Positions 24,807-35,200 of a stretch of 64,000 nucleotides of DNA are shown here, piece by piece (positions within the stretch are counted from its first letter, which is position 1; each line of letters starts with the position of its first letter). The stretch covers positions 3,654,587 through 3,718,586 of the forward strand of contig CM120648.1 of assembly GCA_051362555.1 (NCBI GenBank), in the 5' to 3' direction. Under the pieces are notes generated by a model. It had not been told where the DNA came from. It saw nothing but the letters and a program-made list of their open reading frames with translations, and did not search any database. The position numbers and the translations under genes are program-made. The DNA is from Lingula anatina (Eukaryota > Animalia > Brachiopoda).

Positions 24807-25507
24807 TCATTTACATTTAAAGGTTCTTTCAAATACCCCCTCTATGGCAAATTTCCCTTTATCTGTCAAAGCACGAGTGCCAATTCCTGCAAAATGACGC
24901 GTGAGTTCTGGCACATCTGGATATAATTTGAACATTTTTCTTACAAAATCAAACTTGTACCATTGACATGACCCTTCTTCCATCCCAGTCCTTTCGTTTT
25001 TAAAAGAGTCAAACACATAGACGGGTTTATTCTTGTCTACTGCCATTTGCACTGCCCACCCTGACCGTCAACCATCTTGTTCATGATATTTTTTCCAACA
25101 GCAAAAACAACATCGGAATTTTTCACCTGATACCAGTTACGTTGAAGTAAACTGTCGACAAAAGTCTTGCCCGTGGGAAACTTTCTGTGCAGTGACTTGT
25201 TGGCTTTAAGCAAATGCTCATTAGCATCTTTTAGTTCTTTTTTATTCAAAACTTTTCTGTAAGGATTGCTTGTAGCGTGGCCTGAGAATGAATACACAAC
25301 TGTCTTGACATTATACCTTTCACTCGTTTTTTGCCAATATATATCACTCCCGGTGGCACCACCAGAATGGTTGGTATACAAAGCTGGAGTTCGATGCTGA
25401 TTAAAAGTAGTTTGACTCAATTCTAATCTGACTGGAGATGACCCTGGTTCTTCTGCAGCTCTAAGTAGTTTACTGTAATTGACAAATTCACCTCCTAAAC
25501 TAAACAT
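24807..25507 (-). pseudogene. Phage-type SLOG (DprA/YpsA-like) nucleotide-binding protein, frameshifted
   Basis: HSGGATGSD, LLQRNWYQV.NSD.VFAVG, then a frameshift at about 25065 where G(GT)GWAVQMAVD.NKPVYVFD is restored in the next frame, then W, P, FAGIGTR. Confidence 0.7.
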
Positions 25508-25657
25508 CTTTCTTTTTCTTGTCACCAACAGCAAAGAAAATGTGAACAAAGTATATGACTATTCCAATGTCAATCAAGCAATTAACTGTGCATACATGAA
25601 AAGTAAAAAGATATACACATATTTGTGTCAAGCACGCAGGAAGGCAACTTGCGTCTC

Positions 25658-26288
25658 TCACGGAAATACACTACTTCTCAAACGAATCTCGTCTGGGCAA
25701 TCTTGGGTTAAATCGATCAGTAGATAACCGTTTGGTTTTTCTGTTGCCTGTTTGAACACGCCAAGAAAGCCGCTTGCTTCCCCGTACATTTGTGTGGCTA
25801 AGGTTCGTACTTGGAGAATATCTCTTGGGTTTTTAAAAAGCACGATATAGTGGCTATTCAAAGAGATTGTTCTGGCTTGCTTTTCCTTTGGAAATAATGT
25901 TTGCATTATAAATATTACGCTGACGTTCAAATGATGAGAGCCTTTGGTAAACAAATCGCGTATTCTAATGTCACCCCCCGTTTCTGCGAATAAGTCATCA
26001 AAAATGACCAGATTGCTTAGATTTGCATCAAAAAAAGTGCTCAGGTTGAAAGTCAACAGGTATGCCTTTTACAAATTTTATGTTGTTAATGGTGTCTTCC
26101 ATTTCAGCAAAAACGGGTTGCCAGATCGAATAGAAATAGAATATTTTATCAGGCGGCGGAGATACCATTTCACCGGCGTTTAGCAAAAGACGTTTCACCC
26201 AAGCAGTTTTCCCGCATTTTGTCGGTCCAGAAACAATCATCGTACTAGGCGATTTAAACCTCACGTCACCCATGGTGATTACTGACAT
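25658..26288 (-). pseudogene. A32/FtsK-like genome-packaging ATPase, +1 frameshift in a T7 run
   Basis: Walker A SGPTKCGKT, Walker B LVIFDD, FTKGSHH.N.SV.FI.Q, RTISLN.HY.VLFKNPRD, GYLLIDL, RLRS. One extra T at about 26030-26036 (CAC TTT TTT TGA). Confidence 0.88.
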
Positions 26289-26904
26289 TTGCAAAGCAAA
26301 ACGCGACACTTTATAATAGTTTTCTATCACGTGTTTGTTCTCACCTTTGTTTTTTAGCGCTCTGTTCAGAAGACTCAGCCAGCTCACCATCGCTTATAGT
26401 TTGGTGTTCAAAGCCTTGCCGTCTTTCGTATTTTTCTAAATGTGCAACCATTTCACTGTCAGAAATACAGCTCTGCCATAATTCTGAGTGATCCATGTCT
26501 ACACAGTTGCCTACAGGAGTCCCTTACATCTCGGACTTTTTATTATATACAGCGAAACAAAATGAGTCGGCATTTTCTCCATCTTAGTGTGACTTATCAA
26601 AACAGAATATTCTAGTTTCGTGACTAAGACTTTTCCAGAAGAAAAAATATTATGTAATAAAATGTTCCAGGCGTGAATATCAGATTAGAGAGAGAATATC
26701 CCAAAACCGGTGAAATCCGGCCATGATAGGAAAATTCCAGTTCTATCTTAATACCATGTAACAGAATGTGTCTGATGGATTACAAAAGTAGCTAATCAAA
26801 TAGATATTATATCACAGAATGTTTCAGTTCCGTGACTCAGCGATTTTCTTCCTGTATATATAGGCCAAAAAACCCACAGATGTGCATAGACTGATCCGAA
26901 AGCC

Positions 26905-27666
26905 ATGGCCACATTTCTACCCTTCGGTGCATCATTTTGCGCAACAGTCTGCCATAACCGACATGGCGAGTTACTGGTGGTGTTGACGGACAAGGCGAAA
27001 TGCAAAATACGATTTAGCTCGATCGTATGGGGCCAGTTCAAAACACACGCAGCAGAACTTGAAGAGGCCTTGCTGAAAGAGCAAGTTTCAACAATTCCTT
27101 TCTGCGATGGCTATAACTTGTCTTCAGATGGTTCCGGATCCCCGATTAAGATTAGCTACGCGCTGGGTGATGCCACCCCCACGGTCATTGAAATGGCGTA
27201 TGCAGATTGGTCGGCGTTTATGCGACTGTTCCGAGAAATCGATGCAAACTTAGATAAGAAGAAAGAAAAAGATGATGCCTCGACGAGCACTTCCGTCATT
27301 CGCCTGATTTACGCCTATTTTCTCACGAGGAAAATAGTGCAACTGCGTAGTCAAAATTGTAATGGCTGCGAGATCGAACACCCTAGCCAGCGCCAACATG
27401 CCTGCCTTGAACCGGTGTGGTCGATTTCAGTGTATCAGTTTATTGATGATGCATTTCAACATATCCAAAACAGCGTCATACTGCGAGCATACGAGCTGTA
27501 TTGTTCTACTAAAGGGGTAGCAGATGATCCATACATTTTCGCCATTATTGAGCGCGTTGCTCAAAACCGCGAACAACTTGTACATGAAGTGATTGCAGCA
27601 GCTGATGGCTTCCAATGTGCTGAAAACACCTTGAAAAATTGCTATAATCGTATCTATGAACTGTAA
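26905..27666 (+). CDS. Maverick accessory protein: tandem PC4-like repeats plus Cys/His motif
   Basis: Two similar segments (I.F....W..F.....ELEEAL / I.M....W..F.....EIDANL) and CNGCEIEHPSQRQHACL. TATATA at about 26855. AATAAA at about 27777. Confidence 0.65.
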   Translation: MATFLPFGASFCATVCHNRHGELLVVLTDKAKCKIRFSSIVWGQFKTHAAELEEALLKEQVSTIPFCDGYNLSSDGSGSPIKISYALGDATPTVIEMAYADWSAFMRLFREIDANLDKKKEKDDASTSTSVIRLIYAYFLTRKIVQLRSQNCNGCEIEHPSQRQHACLEPVWSISVYQFIDDAFQHIQNSVILRAYELYCSTKGVADDPYIFAIIERVAQNREQLVHEVIAAADGFQCAENTLKNCYNRIYEL

Positions 27667-27922
27667 AGTAAATGTATTTAATTGTCATATTCAATGCATT
27701 ATTCAGACTTTACGTGTTAAATCATCCATATATATACTTTAGTGAACCAATATGATTTGGACATTCTTTTTATATTAATAAAGTCATATAAGACACGGAG
27801 TATAACAATGAATCAACATAATCATACGTTGCTCGCAACGCCTCACCAAAGACTTTGATAAATAAAAAAAGAAACACTTTTTATGATAAATATTTGTGTT
27901 GCTTACTTTACCGCGTCACAAT

Positions 27923-28425
27923 ACAAACCTTTGATAACCAGGGTAATGTTTCCACATGCCTAACTGATATACAGTGCTTGTCAAATATTTGATAATGCTT
28001 AACACATGCTAGGTCTCGCGCTTGCAAATCCCCTATTATGATAAGACCGCAGACACCCTGTGCGGTCAGCTTGAGTGCGTGGCTGCTTACACCTCATTTT
28101 GTACCTCTTTTTTGTGCCATATAGTTACATTGAAATTTTCAGAAAAAGTTGGTTGAACGGTGCATAACATACACAAACCTTTGATAACCAGGGTAATGTT
28201 TCCCCATGCCTAACTGATATACAGTGCTTGTCAAATATTTGATAATGCTTAACACATGCTAGGTCTCGCGCTTGCAAATCCCCTATTCTGATAAGAACGC
28301 AGACACTCTGTGCGGGCAACTAAGTCAGCTCGCGCATGCAAATCCCCTATTCTGATAAGACCGCAGACACCCTGTGCGGTCAGCTTGAGTGCGTGGCTGC
28401 TTACACCTGAATACACCTCATTTTG
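27923..28425. repeat. Direct repeats (250-bp period) with internal hairpins at the right flank of the Maverick
   Basis: ACAAACCTTTGATAACCAGGGTAATG... at 27923 and 28173. Three copies of GCAAATCCCCTATT.TGATAAGA.CGCAGACAC. Hairpin GACCGCA-N9-TGCGGTC. Confidence 0.85.
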
Positions 28426-28854
28426 TGGGATAACATGCAAAACAAATTTTTGAACTGTCTTCAACGCGTAGGAATTTTTACCGAAATTTTCACCAATGTA
28501 TAATATATAATGACGTAATCATGCCGATGTCTTCAGCCTAGAATATGCGTACATGTAGTAAATGTAATGTTACTGGCCATGGTGAGTACTTTTATCCTCG
28601 TCTGTTCCTTGTATTTTAACTATCACTAAAACTTATCACTAAATCACTAAAACTGCGCATGTATTCTATGATAATATGTGACATGTCCCCGAAACATTGG
28701 TGAAATCAAATAGAAAAATATCAGCTATAGTAAACATTGGTGAACGCAAACGGAACCAAATATAGAAAAATATCAGCTAAAATAAACGTTCTCGACCTGC
28801 CCCTTAGACGTATCGTTAAAAGGACACGTTAGTTTGCTTTGATGTCACGATCTA

Positions 28855-29110
28855 GACTGGGTTCCCATACCTAGATTGATCTAACAGTATCGATCCATCT
28901 CCAAGGTGTTTCTCGCTAAATTGCTTTCAGCTTAAGTGGCTTTGATGTCTGGCACGTTTACTGAAGCTGCTAAACGATAATTAATTACCCCCTAACAGCT
29001 TCAGTAGGCGTGACAGACATTTAAGCTGCTGAAGTTTATTGCAATTTAGCAAGAATCCCCTTGGAGATAGATCGGTCTAGTTATAGTTCGATAGGGTCTG
29101 GGAACGGTCG
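28855..29110. mobile_element. Palindromic MITE upstream of gene 2
   Basis: Imperfect palindrome centred on AATTAATT (about 28979). Reverse complement of 41041-41271. Confidence 0.7.
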
Positions 29111-29287
29111 CCAAAATTACAAGGCCTGGAAATAAATCCAGCCCAGAAATAGACCTGGCTGTCTGCGGGATTTAGTGAAAGAAGATTGAAGTTATTTCCA
29201 ACAGAAACTAGACCGAGTTTTATTTTTGTTTTTGTAGACGTTTGGCGACGTGATTTTTGTCGATTTCCGTCATCTCGACGTGAAAAT

Positions 29288-32200
29288 ATGGGTCGCTTGT
29301 GGAGATTGGCTGTGCTGGGCCTTGCCTTCGTAATGCTCGATGAATTAGGATACGGTTTGTTCATATGCAAATGCTTCCTACAACAGATATTGATCTTATA
29401 TATAATTTTTTAACGACATTTGTAATGTTCATATAATGTACCTTTGAAAGACCTGAGTACGTTATCTGATCCATTATTTCATTTTTGACGAATCGCCCGG
29501 AGGAAGATAGATCGAAACAAATTCTTCCTTTAGTTGGTTATATCTGGGCAACAAAGATCATTAATTCGGTTATGAAATAATTAAATTCACGCATTTGCAA
29601 TCTGAATATCTGATTCAGGAAAATGCAATGCTGCCTTAGACAGAGACACTTATGCAGAAGTCGTTTGTGGGATAACAGATAAAGGGATTGTTTGGAGGAG
29701 CTTCCATAGTTGTGCGGCAGCAGGCATGGGCGTGCCTACAGTTAGCACATTTTTTAGGTAAGCTCGGATGTCTGTATTCTCTGATATAACAGGGGTCTCT
29801 AGTAAAGCCTGTTCGAAATTGAAAATTCTCGTAAAAGACCAGTAGGGGCCCCTGCGGTAAGAGAATAGGATGTCTGTGTATTTTGGCGGCAAGGGGAGGT
29901 GCGTGGCCACAGTTGCTTGACAGCTGGGAAGGGCGTGGCTTAGTTTTCAATGACAGCTGGCATGGGTGTTCCTCAATAAGTTGTGAGTGTGAGGTGACAT
30001 TTTGTATTGGTGTCTACCAAGATTTCTCGACCGTGTTACGGAAAGTTTCAACAAACCCGTCTTGTGCTTGGAACAGCTGTTCAATAACAACGAGAGCTTT
30101 TTGGTGTAATATCAATACAGATTGATTCAAAGTCACTTTCTTTAGTAACGAATGGCTACAAACTTTTGTTTTAAACTTCAGAAATGGTTGCAAGGATTTG
30201 GTGATAAAGTCCCTACCAGACGTAGCTAAAGCTAAACACCTAGCGTGTAAAATCCTGGAGAAAATGGCCAACGAGTGTGTCAGTCTGTACGGGGCGAATG
30301 TCTCGGATTGGCGGGTTGAAACCGGATGCACTCTGACCACGCCCCCTTTAACCACGCCCAAGACAGCCACACCCACGCCTATTAGTACTACCATAAAAGC
30401 TTTGTCTACCGCTAAACCAAGTGGTAAGTCTGACGATATTTGTATATTTTAAGATGAAAGTAAGTATTAGTCCTTTTGTCGAATGCCCTAGACCAGTAAT
30501 GTAAGCATTCCTACTCAGCCTGCTAAAACTAGAACTATCAGCCATTTTTGACCTGATGATACTCATGCGACTATTTATTTGTTTATTTTACTTCTCAATT
30601 ACCAAACATTAATTGTTCGTGCTTTATTATTTAGTCATGTAACGCATTTCTTTCCATATTTCAAAGATAAACATCGTTTTTATCTAGTAAGGAAGCCAAT
30701 GTTTTACCTAAAAAGAAGTAACCTGCCGTTCATATCTTCCTAGTAATAAATAATTATTTGTTTATGCGCTTTGTCAATTCATTCGGGGAGTGAAAATATG
30801 TTAAGTAACACTTTTGAGTTGCTTGGCAATTAATGACAGGCGATATCTTTCTTGATGTTAGCTGAAACTAATGAGCATCTCCACATTGTATGTATACTCT
30901 GTAAACCTAAAAGCCATTTGTGTAGTAGTATCGAAGTAGCAAAAAAGCATTAACGCAGTAGTGGTGTGGAGCATATTTGCAGTAGAAATGCAGCTTAGCC
31001 TACTGCAATTCTACTCCAGGTTTGTACAGAGAGGAGCATTAATGCAGTAGATTAGCAGCATGATAGAAGCATGTTTCAAATATGCTAATTAGCTCCCAAA
31101 TCGAAGCAAATTTGAAGCATGTTTGCAGTATGATTGCAGTAGTCTACTGCGCTGGAGTATCTACTGCGTTTTCTTGCGGGGACTTAGGCATCTGTAGTAA
31201 AGTTACTGCCAACATATTCATCTGGTTCATCTAAAAGTAAAATAAAATAGGTAAAATATATTGCTCCAAAATGATTTTAAACAATATATCGCGCTAAAAA
31301 TTAAATATGTTGTGGTGGGCGCTGGTGCCCATGTCAAAATGGATACAGATTACAGTAAAACTTCCCCATACATGCATTAACTACGGAGCTACAAGAGACT
31401 ATAGCAATAAATGCATTGTGTAATTAATTGTTTAATTTACTATAAAATTTAATAAATAAACCAATATTCGTGTTTATTACAGTGGACTTGCATGATAAAA
31501 ACATCAACCGCATTAATTGCAGTCACTAAAGTAAAACGAATGTATAAAAAAACAACATACGTGTACTCTTGCCCTCCTTTGAAACCCTTCCAGTCTGCGT
31601 CTTCTCTCAGACAGCCTACTACGCGTGCCAAATACGCGGGGTTGTCCATGTATTCTTTGCTTTGCTTTACAATGTTTTTTTTTCCGAGAAGAAAGCGGAA
31701 AAAATTCCAGAGAAATAAAAATGTAGCTATTGCCGCCATGTTTCGTACTGCTCGATGCAGCGCATGCGCAATTGCCTAAGCAGGAAGTTGCACCTGGATT
31801 TTGGCTTTGCCGATGCGGATTCCACTTTACAGTGTGAACGCAAAACCGAATCGGATTTCCCACGAAAAAACCGGTTTATAGAAATGCGCATTTTTTGGAA
31901 CTGTAGTGTGAACGGGGTATAAGTGGATATTGCGATAAAGTTCTAAAAGCGTGTGGCATGTGGTTCCCTTAAGAAAAAGTGCATGCATTCAAATACATGT
32001 TTATATGCTTGGCTTTTCTAAATTGGCAATTGACATAATCTGGTGAAATATTGTAGTCAATACAGTCACGGTTTGCCTTTTGGTTTTATTGAAAAAAGTA
32101 TATGGTATTTAAGATTTCTTTCGAAATGCAGTTTAGTTGGTTACAATTCTAAGCAGTCTGTGCTTAGAACGAATGTGGACTAGAAAAGCACTCCAAGAGC

Positions 32201-35200
32201 GCAGACCTCCGCCAAGGCAGCAATTTTTTTATTATTATTCATTATTGATTGATTATTGATCCAGATCACCACCAAAAACTAATCATCTGTTCTTTGGCCC
32301 ACTTCCGACAGTTCCTGAAAATTTTAACATAACATAACTTTTTGAGTTATGATGATGACAGACAAACAAGCAGGGGTGAAAACTACCTCCTTGGCGGAGG
32401 TAATTAGTCGTTTTGTTAAACAGGGCGTTAAGGGATGCGAATGCGGCGGAATAGTTGATTGTGGTGTCCTATACAGATCGTGAATTTTTTGTAAGACTCT
32501 TCAACATAGATATGTAGTTACACCGCCCGTTCGCTAGGCACCTGTTTGCGATGAGGCATACCAGATGATTGTATTCCAAAGTGAAGTTATGTGTCTATTG
32601 GACCGAAAGACTCGACTGAAGGAGTTTTTGAGAGTTCCATTCTATCATCTTTCTGTACCAGCTTTCGCCTTTAAACTGTGTTGCTAACTGGTAAAAGAAA
32701 TTGTATTTGTTGTACCTTTACGATTCTTCTTTTACAGAATGTGGGAAGGATGTCAAAGCGGACGTTCTGTTCGTCATTGATGAATCGAGAAGCGTAGGGC
32801 CTATCAATTTTGAAAAAGTGAAGAAGTTTTTAGCAGATTTGGTTCTTCAGTTACCCGTGGCGCAAGACAAGATCAGGGTTGGAGTTCTCAGTTTTACCCA
32901 AATTGTACACCCTCGTATTTCCTTGAACGAATTCGACAAACCACGTGACGTTGCAGACGCCATTTTGAACATGAGTTATCATGGCCGCCGGACAAACATT
33001 GCGGCGGCTTTGTGGTATGCTCAACAGGTAACGTATCAAAATTCCTGAGCAACCGGAACAACTTTGTCTTAACGGGTTTCATTTATTCATTTTATTATTA
33101 TTATTATTATTATTATTAATAATAATAATTCATCTGCCAAATTATGTAATAATTCAATTATGCTATTGATATGACGAAGCAAGTTACCTAATAAACAATA
33201 TCTATAATTGGATAATCTTTAATTGACAAATGACTGTTATTGTTGACTAAAATGCTGAAAAAATGTTTGTGTGTGAGTATGTGAATGCCAATCTGAGATG
33301 AAAAGTTATACAATTACTTATATGGCTCACTACAAAATTGATTGGAGAAACTAAAGTACATACCTTTTTTTCTTTACTAGACCTCTTTTTCCAAAGCTTC
33401 AGGGGACAGAAGCACAGCGCCTAATTTGTTGTTCCTGTTTACCGATGGGAGGTCGAGACAGCGCCAAATATCTGCGGCAGCAAATGCCACCAAAGCTGGA
33501 ATAGAGGTGCGTTTAAATTGCAAAGGCGAATGAGCCCCCCCCCCCCCCCCCAACCCCGGGGTGGGGGTGCTTTGTCTTCTCAATCGTGTCAACTATGAGC
33601 ACAGAAAGCAGGAGGTCAGCCCCCAGAGTTAAATTTTGTTTTCTTCACACCTGAAATAAAACATGTATTATGAATAAAGAAACACACCCAAATTTCATAC
33701 TGGAGACTTATGTACAGTGTCTCAACATTCCGTCTACGTGTATCTTGTAGACTTCAACAGGAAACCAAGATAACAGTCATGGTATAGAGGTGCGTTTTAA
33801 TTGCAAAGGCGTATGACCCCTCTTCTCAATCTTGTCATCCATGAGCACAGAAAGCAAGGAGTTTAAAGAGGATACACATACAATCATCGTCACTGTTTTT
33901 TTTTTCTTCTGTAAGATCAGCCCCCAATTAAAATTTTGTTTTCTTCACACCTGAAATAGAACATGTACTATGAATAAAGAAAGACACCTAAATCTCATAC
34001 TGGAGACTTATGTACGGTGTAGGTCATATATTTCAACATTCCGTCTACCTGTGTCTAGTAGACTTCAACAGGAAACCAAGATAATGGTCACTGTTGTACC
34101 TAATAAACCCCATAACCAACATTTAAAAAAGAATAGCGCCTGAAACGAATGACACTTTTACTTCCAGATATATTCCATAGGCATTGGTAGGAGTACAGAG
34201 TGCCTTTAAATTTTGGCACTCATTTAAGAGAATACACCCCATAATGAATACTTAAAAAAGAATAACGTCTGAAACATATTGCACTTTCAGATATTTACTA
34301 TAGGCATTGGAAGTAACGTGTCGATTCCGCAAATTACACAGCTTGCTAGCGAACCAAAGATCGACCACGTGTTTACAGTGGCGGGATTTGACGCTCTGAC
34401 GACAATTAAGAGCACACTGGGAGCAAAGTTTTGCGCTGTTAAAGGTGGGTCAACCGAGATATTCCAAAATAGTAACATAAAATGAACGGTTCCGTCTTTG
34501 GTGTAAATATATAAAATTTTATCTCATATGTGATATGTTTGGAATATTTTCCTCACTCCACAGCGAAAAAATGTAACTCCGACAAAGAATATCAGACTAA
34601 CGTCACTGAGTGTCAACCCACGTGTCCGGGAGCCCCTCAGAACTGCGGCGACCCGACTAAGATGGTGCCAGAATCTTGTGTGTGTAAACCGGGCACAATT
34701 CTGGACGGCACTGATTGCATTAAGCCAGCTAGCTGTGTGCCTAAATGCTGGGATAACGGGAATGCGTATCAGGTAGGTTCCCTTTTAGTACAATGTTTGT
34801 TTTGGTTTAAATCTCCTCCGAAAATAATACAATTTTCCAATTACGTTGCAGTGTAACATTTGCTACATTTTCAAAGTAATATGATGTTTGCGCATGCAAT
34901 CAAGGGTGGGCCTTTTGGTTTATTTTAGGTCGCATTGGGGCCATTCAGAATAGATGATCCGAGGACTAACTGATCCGCTGGCTAAATATGGCCTTTAAAT
35001 GCGATACCGCTAACTCCATGATGGTCTCCCCGCCTCTAGACGCGCCGTCCATGCTGGAGCCTAGCAATTAAACCTCAGAGCCAACATTTAATCCGTTTAA
35101 TGGCGTGTGTTGAGGAGAGGACACTATCATGGAATTATTCTGCGGCGTAATTACTGGCAGCGCGAGCCAGTTACTATAAGTTACTTTAAGTAACTGGTGT

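Larger units (their letters stand above)
18825..28500. mobile_element. Maverick/Polinton (adintovirus-type) endogenous viral element, degenerate, pPolB absent, ends not resolved
   Basis: Intronless gene-dense block with rve integrase + chromodomain, penton, major capsid, adenain protease and A32/FtsK ATPase in convergent arrays. The left limit is set where homology to the paralogous flank (42908) stops. The right limit is approximate. Confidence 0.9.

Noticed and set aside
18825-27700. Bacterial or phage contamination as the source of the intronless block
   Set aside because: It has a chromodomain integrase, adenain, BIR, TATA boxes and polyA signals, and is contiguous with host sequence.
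29636-30394. Minus-strand ORFs as additional Maverick genes
   Set aside because: They are antisense to the plus-strand C8 exons of gene 2, which have proper splice sites and a conserved Cys pattern.
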